A stretch of DNA of 64,000 nt from Eubacteriales bacterium (GTDB lineage: Bacteria; Bacillota; Clostridia; Oscillospirales; CAG-272), in NCBI GenBank assembly GCA_045542075.1, contig JAZQKI010000047.1, positions 10,559 through 74,558 on the forward strand, written 5' to 3'. The number at the start of each line of letters is the position of its first letter. The stretch's first letter is position 1. Positions 10,013 to 18,960 of the stretch are shown here, one piece after another. A program made the position numbers and the translations under genes. The notes beneath the pieces were generated by a model. That model saw only the letters and a list, made by a program, of their open reading frames with translations. It did not search any database and was not told where the DNA came from.

Positions 10013-11098
10013 TCAATATTTTGTAGGCTTGGAGGAAAGATATTTCTTAACCATAAGAGCAACCTTGAAGGTTATCGCATGCTCAAACTCACGGAGGTCA
10101 AGTCCTGTAATCTTTCTTATCTTTTCAAGTCTGTAAACAAGTGTATTTCTATGTACGAAAAGCTTTCTGGACGTCTCGGAGACGTTGAGGTTATTCTCGA
10201 AGAAGCACTGAATAGTCATAAGTGTCTCACGGTCGAGAGACTCAAGGCTTCCCTTCTTGAACACTTCCTGAAGGAACATATCGCAGAGAGTTGTGGGGAG
10301 CTGATAGATAAGTCTGCCGATACCGAGATTTTCGTAGCTTATTATGTTCTTTTCCGTCTCGAATACCTTACCAACCTCGAGCGCTACCTGAGCTTCCTTG
10401 TATGCTCTTGCAAGGTCTTTGAGATTGTCAACAACTGTAGATACACCGATATTTACCTTTGTATAGAACTCGGAGGAAAGTGTATCGGAAATGTTTGTAG
10501 CTATCTTTTCGATATCCTTTGCATCAGTGCCCGGCTTTATGTCCTTAACAAGCACTATGTCGTGCTCACCTACGCTGATAACGTAGTCCTTGGACTTGTC
10601 GGGGAACATGTTCTGAAGCATCTCAAAAGGCATAACGTCCGTCTTGCCAAAGAATTTTATGAGGAATACAATTCTCTGCTCCTCAGAGTTGAAATGAAGC
10701 TCCTTGGACTTGATGTAAATATCGCTGGGGAGAATGTTATCAAGGATAATATTCTTGATAAACGAGCCCTTGTCGTACTTCTCATCGTAGAGATTTTTGA
10801 TATTGGAGAGAGAAACTGCCAAAAGCTTGGACATTTTCTCTGCCATTTTGTCCTCACCCTCCATGAAAACGATGTACTCTGTCTTGGTTCCCACGGTGAT
10901 GGGACGGTATGTATATCCACCCGATACTATGTGACCCGCGGAGTACATAAGCTCATCGCGCACTCCCTGCTTTACCTCGCCTATCTTTACAAGCTCGGAG
11001 CAAGCAACGATAACACCGTTTTCGTCAATAACGCCGATAACACGGTCAACCGCGGTTTTCATCTGATGAATTACATTCTGGAACAATCTGTTCGACAT
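10013..11098 (-). CDS. PucR/CdaR-family transcriptional regulator
   Basis: C-terminal PucR-type HTH (ETSRKLFVHRNTLVYRLEKIRKITG) and N-terminal sugar-diacid-regulator-like domain. Start is ATG 11098. Confidence 0.8.
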   Translation of the reverse strand: MSNRLFQNVIHQMKTAVDRVIGVIDENGVIVACSELVKIGEVKQGVRDELMYSAGHIVSGGYTYRPITVGTKTEYIVFMEGEDKMAEKMSKLLAVSLSNIKNLYDEKYDKGSFIKNIILDNILPSDIYIKSKELHFNSEEQRIVFLIKFFGKTDVMPFEMLQNMFPDKSKDYVISVGEHDIVLVKDIKPGTDAKDIEKIATNISDTLSSEFYTKVNIGVSTVVDNLKDLARAYKEAQVALEVGKVFETEKNIISYENLGIGRLIYQLPTTLCDMFLQEVFKKGSLESLDRETLMTIQCFFENNLNVSETSRKLFVHRNTLVYRLEKIRKITGLDLREFEHAITFKVALMVKKYLSSKPTKY

Positions 11099-11150
11099 AA
11101 AAATTCCTTTCCCGGCAAGCATTTGCAAGCCTTCTTATATTGATTTAATA

Positions 11151-11897
11151 TTAAAGTTCAAATTCATACACGAGACAACTCAGCACAAAGCCCGATGCAG
11201 TCTCAGTTCTCAGTATTCTCTTTCCAAGCCCCGCCAGCGACATACCTCGCTCGCGCGCCTGCTGTGCCTCTCGGATAGAAAATCCTCCCTCGCTTCCTAT
11301 CACGATCGAAATGCTTAAGTCCTCACGCGGCTTGTCCCTGAGCTTGTCCTTTATCAATTGACCAAGCGGCAGGGTCCCGTCCCCTTCGTAGCAAAACAGG
11401 ACAATATCCGCCTGCATCGCCTCATCAAGCATTTTTTCGTAAGTGATCGTAGGATTTACCTGCGGGACCACTCCGCGCCCCGACTGTTTTGCAGCCTCAA
11501 GAGAAATTCTTTGTCTGCGGGAGAGCTTTTTACCATCGGGATCCTTTTCCTTTGCGATGCATCGCTCGCTTTGGAATGTTGTGATCTCGCTCACACCGCA
11601 TTCAACTGCCTTCTGAATTATGTAATCAAGCTTCTCGCCCTTGGGGAGTGCCTGATAAAGATGAGCGCGAAAATTCGGCTCGGTCTCCGCCTTTTTCTGA
11701 GATATTATCTCCGCGGTCACAAGCCCCTCTGAAAATCCTTTGAGTACACACTCATATTCATTTTTCTGCATATCCGATACCGTGATACACTCACCCACCG
11801 CCATACGCAAAGAGCGTGATATATGGTGCGCATCGTCTCCGACGATATTTACTATGCCGTCGGCTATTTGATTTTGTCTTACAAAAAATCGAGGCAT
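11151..11897 (-). CDS. rsmE: 16S rRNA (uracil1498-N3)-methyltransferase
   Basis: MPRFFV N-terminus, C-terminal GxxILRTETA knot motif, 248 aa. Confidence 0.9.
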   Translation of the reverse strand: MPRFFVRQNQIADGIVNIVGDDAHHISRSLRMAVGECITVSDMQKNEYECVLKGFSEGLVTAEIISQKKAETEPNFRAHLYQALPKGEKLDYIIQKAVECGVSEITTFQSERCIAKEKDPDGKKLSRRQRISLEAAKQSGRGVVPQVNPTITYEKMLDEAMQADIVLFCYEGDGTLPLGQLIKDKLRDKPREDLSISIVIGSEGGFSIREAQQARERGMSLAGLGKRILRTETASGFVLSCLVYEFEL

Positions 11898-12165
11898 AAA
11901 AATCTCCGAAAACAGTATATATAGGTCCTGACAGTTAGTTTATTGTGTACTTTTATTGGGCATTTTCAACAACAGTTTTATTACAATGACTAACGAAATA
12001 CACTTCATTATAATACAAAAGCACCAATTTGTCAACGGCTTTTTTGTAAAAAAGTACATAATATCTCACACAATTTACAATTTATTATCAATTTATCCCC
12101 CTTCAAAAGACAATTCAAACAAAATTGCGGTTCGTCATAAATATGAACAAAAAGTTTTTTGCGAT

Positions 12166-12201
12166 AAAAAATCACCAAACTCTGCGTTTGGTGATTTTTT
12201 T
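12166..12201 (-). terminator. intrinsic terminator of decarboxylase operon
   Basis: ATCACCAAAC-TCTGC-GTTTGGTGAT, flanked by A- and T-runs, 3 nt after the stop. Confidence 0.8.
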
Positions 12202-12203
12202 GA

Positions 12204-13604
12204 TTATACGCTGTGTACTCCGATAGACGAATCTGCCGCACTGTCCACACCGTATTTTTTATTCTTTCTGTATTCAAAGAACTTGAGCGCTACCTGCTCG
12301 AAGAGCGCGTATGAAAGCACGTCCTCGTCCTGTTCAAGATATCCTGCGGGTATCTTTGCGCGAAGCTCGTCAAGCTCAGGCTTGAGGTCATCAGCGGGAC
12401 GGTAGTCTATAACCTTTGCGTCCTCGCCGAGTATCTTCTTGACAAACTCGGGATCAATAGCGACGGGAGTCTTACCGTACTCACCGCGTACCACGCCCTT
12501 GAATTCCTTTGTGACCATCTTATATCTTTCGCCGTTAAGCACGTTGAACACCGCCTGCGTACCCACTATCTGCGACGAGGGGGTTACGAGCGGAGGGTAT
12601 CCTACGTCTGCTCTTACTCGCGGTACCTCCTCAAGCACCTCGGTCAGCTTATCCTCCTTGCCTGCCTGCTTAAGCTGGGACATAAGGTTGGAGAGCATTC
12701 CGCCGGGGACCTGATAGATAAGCGCGTTTACGTCTACCTTGAGCGCCTTGGGATTAAGAAGTCCGCTTGCGAGATATTCCTCGCGAATAGGCGTAAAGTA
12801 CTTGGTTATCGGGTCAAGATCGTCAAGCTTGATGCCTGTATCGTACTGTGTTCCCTGGAGTGTCGCAACAAGTGTCTCCGTGGGAGGCTGTGAGGTACCC
12901 ATAGCCATAGGCGAAATTGCGGTATCGACAATATCAACGCCTGCCTCAATAGCCTTAAGAAGCGTCATAGAAGCAAGACCTGCCGTGTAGTGTGTATGAA
13001 GCTGTATGGGAAGATCTGTGCTTGCTTTCAAGGTCTTTACAAGCTCATACGCGTCGTAGGGTTTGAGAAGTCCCGCCATATCCTTGATACAGATTGAGTC
13101 AGCGCCCATATCCTCAAGTCTCTTGGCGTATTCGGAATAATAATCCATCGTGTAAACGGGACCTGTTGTATAGCTGAACGCCGCCTGAACGTGACCGCCC
13201 TCGCGCTTTGTTGCATTTATTGCGGTCTTAAGGTTTCTGGGATCATTGAGCGCGTCGAATATACGGATAATATCTATACCGTTTGCAATAGATTTCTGAA
13301 CAAAATACTCAACAACGTCATCAGAATAGTGACGGTAGCCGAGAATGTTCTGTCCGCGGAAAAGCATCTGAAGCTTTGTATCCTTTACGTGATCACGAAT
13401 GGTGCGGAGTCTTTCCCAAGGATCTTCGTTGAGAAATCTCATACACGCGTCAAACGTAGCTCCTCCCCAAGCTTCAAGTGAGTGGTAGCCCACCTTATCC
13501 ATCTGCTCGAGTATTGGAAGCATCTGCTCTGTTGTCATTCTCGTAGCAACGAGTGACTGATGCGAGTCTCGGAGTACAGTTTCGGTAATTTTTACCTGTG
13601 CCAT
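12204..13604 (-). CDS. oxaloacetate decarboxylase alpha / transcarboxylase 5S-type carboxyltransferase, without a biotin domain
   Basis: RDSHQSL, CIKDMAGLL (carbamyl-Lys motif) and LHTHYTAG. It ends at 466 aa with no biotinyl domain. Confidence 0.9.
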   Translation of the reverse strand: MAQVKITETVLRDSHQSLVATRMTTEQMLPILEQMDKVGYHSLEAWGGATFDACMRFLNEDPWERLRTIRDHVKDTKLQMLFRGQNILGYRHYSDDVVEYFVQKSIANGIDIIRIFDALNDPRNLKTAINATKREGGHVQAAFSYTTGPVYTMDYYSEYAKRLEDMGADSICIKDMAGLLKPYDAYELVKTLKASTDLPIQLHTHYTAGLASMTLLKAIEAGVDIVDTAISPMAMGTSQPPTETLVATLQGTQYDTGIKLDDLDPITKYFTPIREEYLASGLLNPKALKVDVNALIYQVPGGMLSNLMSQLKQAGKEDKLTEVLEEVPRVRADVGYPPLVTPSSQIVGTQAVFNVLNGERYKMVTKEFKGVVRGEYGKTPVAIDPEFVKKILGEDAKVIDYRPADDLKPELDELRAKIPAGYLEQDEDVLSYALFEQVALKFFEYRKNKKYGVDSAADSSIGVHSV

Positions 13605-13643
13605 TTATTTATTAACCAAACCTTTCTGAAAAATTATCGGTCA

Positions 13644-14873
13644 TCAACCGATCCACGACAGGAATACGCCCGCACATACCGCAGAGCCTATAACACCTGC
13701 CACGTTGGGTCCCATCGCGTGCATAAGAAGGAAGTTTGAAGGGTCCTCCTTTTGTCCTACTACCTGCGATACTCTCGCCGCCATAGGAACCGCGGATACG
13801 CCCGCAGAACCGATGAGGGGGTTGATCTTTCCGCCCGAGAGCCAGTTCATTATCTTTGCAGTGATAAGTCCTCCGCTGGTCGAGATGCAGAACGCTACAA
13901 GACCACAGATAATAATAACCACTGTCTGTATGCTCAAAAAGTTTGCCGCGGATGCAGTTGCGCCTACCGATATACCGAGCAGGATAGTGACGATATTCAT
14001 AAACTCATTCTGTACGGTCTTTGAGAGTCGCTCAGTAACACCGCATACGTTGAGTATATTTCCGAACATAAGGCAGCCGATAAGAGCCAGAGCGTCGGGT
14101 ACAAGAATACCTACGACAAAAGTTACGAGAATGGGGAAAATAAGCTTTTCAAGTCTGGATACGGGACGAAGCTTATCCATCTTTATGAGTCTTTCCTTCT
14201 TTGTTGTAAAGAGCTTCATAAAGGGAGGCTGGATCATCGGAATAAGCGCCATATAAGAGTATGCGGCGATAGCGACAGCGCCGAGAATTGCGGGACCGAG
14301 TGTTTTAGTGACAAGGATCGCCGTAGGACCGTCCGCTCCGCCAATAATACCGATTGATGCTGCCTGGCCGATGGTGTAGAATCCCGAGGCAAATGCCGCC
14401 GAGAATGCTACGAATACACCAAGCTGCGCACCCGCGCCAATAAGGAAATACTTGGGGTTTGCGATAAGAGGGGTAAAGTCGGTCATCGCACCGATACCTA
14501 TAAATATAATACACGGATATATTCCCAGCTTGACACCGATATAGAGCAGATCAAGGAATCCACCCTCGCTGAGCACCATCTTGATTGATTCAAGAACGGT
14601 CAGCTTGCCCTCGTTGTCAATCCACATATCAAGGTGGAAGAGATTTGCTCCCGGCAGGTTGGTAAGCAACATACCGATAGCAATCGGGAGAAGGAGCAGA
14701 GGCTCAAACTTTTTGGCTATTGCAAGATAGATCAGCGCAAAGGCGATGACATACATAACGAGATACTGCCATCCCATCCATTTGCCGTCCGCATTGAAGC
14801 TTTGCTCACCAAAAATATAGTTGAAGCCCATACTTCCAATAAAATTCTTTATTGTTTCTATGATGCCTGACAT
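13644..14873 (-). CDS. Na+-translocating decarboxylase beta subunit (OadB/MmdB/GcdB family)
   Basis: 409-aa polytopic membrane protein with the family-typical GGADGPT and SAVPMAAR segments. Confidence 0.9.
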   Translation of the reverse strand: MSGIIETIKNFIGSMGFNYIFGEQSFNADGKWMGWQYLVMYVIAFALIYLAIAKKFEPLLLLPIAIGMLLTNLPGANLFHLDMWIDNEGKLTVLESIKMVLSEGGFLDLLYIGVKLGIYPCIIFIGIGAMTDFTPLIANPKYFLIGAGAQLGVFVAFSAAFASGFYTIGQAASIGIIGGADGPTAILVTKTLGPAILGAVAIAAYSYMALIPMIQPPFMKLFTTKKERLIKMDKLRPVSRLEKLIFPILVTFVVGILVPDALALIGCLMFGNILNVCGVTERLSKTVQNEFMNIVTILLGISVGATASAANFLSIQTVVIIICGLVAFCISTSGGLITAKIMNWLSGGKINPLIGSAGVSAVPMAARVSQVVGQKEDPSNFLLMHAMGPNVAGVIGSAVCAGVFLSWIG

Positions 14874-14921
14874 CTACACAATTCCTTTCGTAAAATTCTG
14901 AATTTTAATATGGAATTGCTA

Positions 14922-15296
14922 TCAGTTGAGAGTTACGAGAACATCCTCGGATGCAACTGACGAGCCCTTCTGTACGTTTACAGATGCAACTGTACCATCT
15001 TCGGGAGCGCAGATATCGTTCTCCATCTTCATAGCCTCGAGAACGCAAAGAACGTCACCCTTCTTCACTGCCTGACCTGCGCTTACGTTGATCTTCATAA
15101 TAGTACCGGGCATAGGCGCCTTTACTGCAACTGCGCCTGCGGGAGCTGCCGCCTTAGGCGCTGCGGATGCTGCAGGAGCTGTGACAGGTGCTGCTGCGGG
15201 AGCAGCAACGGGAGCTGCGGCAGGAGTTGCACTGCCTACCTCTTCAACAACTACGTCATATGTTACACCGTTTACGGTTACGTTAAATCTTCTCAT
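14922..15296 (-). CDS. biotin carboxyl carrier subunit (MmdC/1.3S-like)
   Basis: Ala/Pro-rich linker followed by the biotinylation motif EAMKMEN. 124 aa. Confidence 0.9.
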   Translation of the reverse strand: MRRFNVTVNGVTYDVVVEEVGSATPAAAPVAAPAAAPVTAPAASAAPKAAAPAGAVAVKAPMPGTIMKINVSAGQAVKKGDVLCVLEAMKMENDICAPEDGTVASVNVQKGSSVASEDVLVTLN

Positions 15297-15319
15297 TTTA
15301 TAAACCTTTTCCCTTTCTA

Positions 15320-15817
15320 TTATTTCTTATTCCAAGCGCGCTCTGTGCTTCTCTTAAAGGAAACTACTCTGAAGCCGCCGACAAATTCATTCTTGTATTC
15401 TTCGCTGTCAAGCATTGCAGCGATAGCCGCTGTGATCACTGCTGCTATCTCACCGTCGTCCTGCTCGGGTGTGATAGCGGCGGGGGTTGAAGGCTCAGCC
15501 TTTTCATTAACCTCTTCTACAGGTGACTTTTTGCCTTTTTTACTCTTGGGCTTATCCTTCTTACTTCTGTTGGCAAGATCGTAAAAAACTACCTTTGAAA
15601 GCGATACGATTCCCCAAAGAAGCGCAAGCACCGAAAATACCATCAGCATGCCTGTGACCGTTCCCTGCAGAGCGTATTCCATACGCTCACCAAAGGACAT
15701 ATCGCCGCCGTGTATATTCTGATCAAGCTTTTCAGCGGCGGAGGCCGTAATGCTGAAAAGCATTACGATAATTGCAGTTAAAAATGCAAATATACGTATC
15801 TTCTTACTTCTTTTCAT
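15320..15817 (-). CDS. OadG/MmdD-like small membrane subunit
   Basis: TM helices and OadG-like GMLMVFSVLALLWGIV, then a charged tail. ATG 15817 has GGAGG 6 nt upstream. The ATG at 15829 is part of that RBS. Confidence 0.75.
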   Translation of the reverse strand: MKRSKKIRIFAFLTAIIVMLFSITASAAEKLDQNIHGGDMSFGERMEYALQGTVTGMLMVFSVLALLWGIVSLSKVVFYDLANRSKKDKPKSKKGKKSPVEEVNEKAEPSTPAAITPEQDDGEIAAVITAAIAAMLDSEEYKNEFVGGFRVVSFKRSTERAWNKK

Positions 15818-15831
15818 TTTTACCTCCATAA

Positions 15832-17154
15832 TCAGAGAGGAGTTCTCGCATACTTGCGCTCAGGAGTGGTGTCTGCCTTAACCGCAAGCATATAGAGTGC
15901 CGAGCAGATCCTTGCGCGAAGCTCTGCCTCGGGGATAATATCGTCGATATCTCCCTTCTCTGCCGCGCGCTCCGCTGACGCGTACTTCTCGCACCACTCT
16001 GCCTCTACGTCTGCTCTGGACTTATCCTTGGTTATCTCATCGTTCATAAGGAAAGCCACTGCGGTCTCGGGAGCCATCACACTGATGACTGCGCCCTCAA
16101 GCGCATACGCAATATCCGCGCCAACAGACTTTGAGCCGAGAAGCGTGAAGGATGCGCCGTATGCTTTGCCCGTTACTACCGTTACCTTGGCGGTGGTCGC
16201 ATTTACATACGCAGCTGCGAGGGCCGCGAATGCCTCGCTCTTTTCACAATCAGCAAAGCCTATGGAGTCAACCAGTGTAAGCACGGGAATTGCGAATCTG
16301 TCGCAGAAGCTTATCAGGTCAGCCGCCTTCTTTGCTCCGCATCCGCAGAGCTTTCCGCCCTTTTTGGAATTGGTGTTTGAAGCGACAACACCGCAGAGCT
16401 GTCCGCCGAAGAATGCAAGACCGGTAGTTACGCACTCCGCCATATTGCCGTAAAGCTCAACGAACTTGCCGTTGTCGCAGATCGCGGAAATGAGAGCAGC
16501 GCCCGTAAGTCCGTCAACACTTACCGCTCTTCCCGCGTCGTCTCCGCTCATAATACAAGCGGAATCCTTATTGTTCTGGGGCAGTATCTCAACAAGCTCT
16601 CTTGCACGTGCAAAAGCGTCCGCCTCGTCATCTGCCTTTATTGCTATCTTTATTGCCTTGTCCTTTTTGGAGTCAGGGGTGATATATGTCTGTGCCTTGT
16701 CACCTGCCGAGATCACCATATCGAACATTGAAGCAGTCACAAGCGCCATACCCGTGCAAGCTCCGTCAATTACAGCTATCTGAGGAATGATTCCCGATGC
16801 CTTGGCAACGCAGCTCATAAATCTACCGTAAGCCGAGAGTGCCGAGCTTCCGTCAAGCACGACCGCACCCGAAGTATCAAACACGCCAACCACAGGCGCG
16901 CCGTTCTTCACTGCCATCTCATAAAGCATTTCGATCTTCTTTGCTCCCGTGGAGTCAAACGCTCCTTTGAGTCTGTCGCTGTCCTGCACAAACGCAAAGG
17001 TAAGCTTGCCCGAAACAGAGCCATAGCCGCAGATAACGCCGTCATACGTTTCTTCACTGCCGCATCTTTTGATGTATGCGCCGATCTGGACAAACGTTCC
17101 CGCGTCGAAAAGTGAGGAAATTTTCTGATTTCCGACTGTCAAATTTTTGTTCAT
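15832..17154 (-). CDS. acyl-CoA-type carboxyltransferase (MmdA / 12S / PccB-like), compact 440-aa form
   Basis: Two crotonase-like halves (GYGSVSGKLTFAFVQD...; GLAFFGGQLCGVVASN...VLTLVDSIGF). It is shorter than the ~510-aa forms I remember. Confidence 0.8.
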   Translation of the reverse strand: MNKNLTVGNQKISSLFDAGTFVQIGAYIKRCGSEETYDGVICGYGSVSGKLTFAFVQDSDRLKGAFDSTGAKKIEMLYEMAVKNGAPVVGVFDTSGAVVLDGSSALSAYGRFMSCVAKASGIIPQIAVIDGACTGMALVTASMFDMVISAGDKAQTYITPDSKKDKAIKIAIKADDEADAFARARELVEILPQNNKDSACIMSGDDAGRAVSVDGLTGAALISAICDNGKFVELYGNMAECVTTGLAFFGGQLCGVVASNTNSKKGGKLCGCGAKKAADLISFCDRFAIPVLTLVDSIGFADCEKSEAFAALAAAYVNATTAKVTVVTGKAYGASFTLLGSKSVGADIAYALEGAVISVMAPETAVAFLMNDEITKDKSRADVEAEWCEKYASAERAAEKGDIDDIIPEAELRARICSALYMLAVKADTTPERKYARTPL

Positions 17155-17224
17155 TTAAAAGCCTCCGATTTTGAAATTCCACTTTGTTGAGGAAAAATTC
17201 ACCTTCTCCCCCAATTATAAGTTT

Positions 17225-17253
17225 ATTATAACCTATTTAGCACATTTTGTCAA
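17225..17253 (-). promoter_or_regulatory. sigma-A promoter of decarboxylase operon
   Basis: Minus strand TTGACA-17 nt-TATAAT, about 70 nt upstream of the ATG at 17154. Confidence 0.7.
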
Positions 17254-17408
17254 TGTAATCTTAAAATTTCTTTGATGAATATCAGTAATTCGCCGTGTGT
17301 AAAATTTTTTTGCCCTCCAACAGTTTGCGACAATTTTTTTGTTATGATTGTTGTAAAATATATTTTGTACAAGCAAAACAATAAAAAATCAAAGGAAAGG
17401 TCAAAAAA

Positions 17409-17885
17409 ATGCTCTGCGAAAAATGTAAGAATAAAAAGCCCACGGTCTTTTTTACCGATACGAGCGGCATCAATCACTCTCTTTGCGCCTTTTGCGCCTC
17501 AAGCTTCAACAACTCACCTTCCGTATCGGATAACGTCGAGACAAACGTGCTTTTCACTCCCGAGAGCTGTATCATACATAAACCCATGATCCCCAAAAAT
17601 ACGTGGCTTGTCTGTGACAAGGATTTTGTGTGCGAGGCATGCAATACAACCTGTGAGCAGATGACCTCGTCGGGAGAATTTGGGTGTCCCGTATGCGCTA
17701 AGGCGATTCTTGAAAAAAATATGCTCTGTTCAAATAAAATCCCCCGTCGCATACGGACGGAAAAGGAGCGCTCACGCAGTTTATCCGAGCTTCAAAGAAG
17801 GCTCAGTGAGGCTTTGTCTCAGGAAAACTACGAGGGCGCGGTGTCCTTGCGGGATCAGATACGCAAGCTTCAGTCTGTAAAATAA
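17409..17885 (+). CDS. mcsA: McsA-like protein (CxxC zinc motifs + UVR-like helix)
   Basis: CEKC...CAFC, CEAC...CPVC, and C-terminal LQRRLSEALSQENYEGAVSLRDQIRKLQ. It sits directly upstream of the mcsB-like gene and clpC. Confidence 0.75.
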   Translation: MLCEKCKNKKPTVFFTDTSGINHSLCAFCASSFNNSPSVSDNVETNVLFTPESCIIHKPMIPKNTWLVCDKDFVCEACNTTCEQMTSSGEFGCPVCAKAILEKNMLCSNKIPRRIRTEKERSRSLSELQRRLSEALSQENYEGAVSLRDQIRKLQSVK

Positions 17886-17896
17886 GGAGGTATAAT

Positions 17897-18940
17897 ATGT
17901 CTTGGTTCAATACTGACGGAAAAATGTCCGAAAATATACTTTTCTCCAAGTTCACATACACCAGAAATCTGTCTGGATTGTTTTTCTCGGGCAATCGACA
18001 AAAGCAGATTTCCGATGTGATAGCTCGAGCGGAATCAATACTCAAAAAGAATGGTTTTCATACCTGCAAAATAGAAAAATCAGCAAAAAATACGGCGATG
18101 TCTTATTGTGAGCGGCAATACGCGGAGCAGGATTTTTGCTCGTTTCCCTATGACAAGGCAATTTTCTTTAACGAGCCATGCAGTCTCAGTATATCGGTGG
18201 GCGGCACAAATCTCATCAATATATACGCTATTTTACCCGGCGCATCTGTGCGTGACGCCTATAAAATATCAAGCTCGGCGGAGGAGCTGCTTGACTCCGA
18301 GTTTGACTTTGCATACGACGAGTCATTTGGATTTCTCTCCCCCGTCCCCGTAATGTGCGGCAGCGGTATAAGGATAAGCTGTGCTCTTTACCTGCCTCTG
18401 CTCTTGCGCGCGGGCAAAATCCCATATATCTGCCACTCATTGTCCGAGCTCGGAATATCTTTGTATCCGCTATTTTCGCAGGATGCCGCAGGAGATATAT
18501 TTATTATGACATATTCGCCGCCCATGTCCGCGGACGAGTTCAGGTCGGTTGAAATATTTGAAAAATTGATGCTTGATATAGCTTCTCTTGAAAAAGAAGA
18601 ATTAAAGACGCTGGGAACGGACAAAACTTTTAATATTGCCGAGAGAGGCTCGCGTGCTTTGGGCATGCTCGCGTATTCCAACTCACTCACTGAAGCAGAG
18701 CTTATTTCTCTTATCTCGGAGATTCGCCTGTGTCTCTCGGCAGGATGTGACGGAAAGCTTACAAAGTCCGTGTCTCCGTCATCGCTGAATAGTATTATGT
18801 TCGATTCCCTTTCATTCTCACTGCTTGCAGGCTCGCGGGAGCGTATCACCTGCAGATCTGAGCTTGATCGCGAGCGTGCCGCACAGGTGCGCAGACAAAT
18901 AAATTCACTTCCCGAAAGGAATGCTCTTATAGCTACATAA
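17897..18940 (+). CDS. mcsB: McsB-like ATP:guanido phosphotransferase-fold protein; catalytic motifs look degenerate
   Basis: Length, position and segment-by-segment resemblance to McsB (FAYDESFGFLS..GSGIRIS..LPLL; C-terminal ELDRERAAQVRRQI). AAGGAGG RBS. See finding. Confidence 0.75.
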   Translation: MSWFNTDGKMSENILFSKFTYTRNLSGLFFSGNRQKQISDVIARAESILKKNGFHTCKIEKSAKNTAMSYCERQYAEQDFCSFPYDKAIFFNEPCSLSISVGGTNLINIYAILPGASVRDAYKISSSAEELLDSEFDFAYDESFGFLSPVPVMCGSGIRISCALYLPLLLRAGKIPYICHSLSELGISLYPLFSQDAAGDIFIMTYSPPMSADEFRSVEIFEKLMLDIASLEKEELKTLGTDKTFNIAERGSRALGMLAYSNSLTEAELISLISEIRLCLSAGCDGKLTKSVSPSSLNSIMFDSLSFSLLAGSRERITCRSELDRERAAQVRRQINSLPERNALIAT

Positions 18941-18960
18941 ATTAAAATTCGGAGATAAAA

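Noticed and set aside
11898-12203. A 300-bp AT-rich gap between rsmE and the decarboxylase operon, with small ORFs at 11956..12405 and 12032..12277.
   Set aside because: The ORFs have no RBS, are low-complexity and AT-driven, and overlap the terminator and the OadA-like 3' end. The gap is adequately explained as terminator plus rsmE promoter region.
17387-17405. A CtsR-box-like direct repeat, AATCAAA-GGAAA-GGTCAAA, just upstream of mcsA.
   Set aside because: The consensus I remember is two GGTCAAA heptads with a 3-nt spacer. Here the spacer is 5 nt and the first heptad is imperfect. The string also overlaps the mcsA ribosome-binding site (AAAGGAAAGG). With no ctsR gene nearby it is most likely coincidental.
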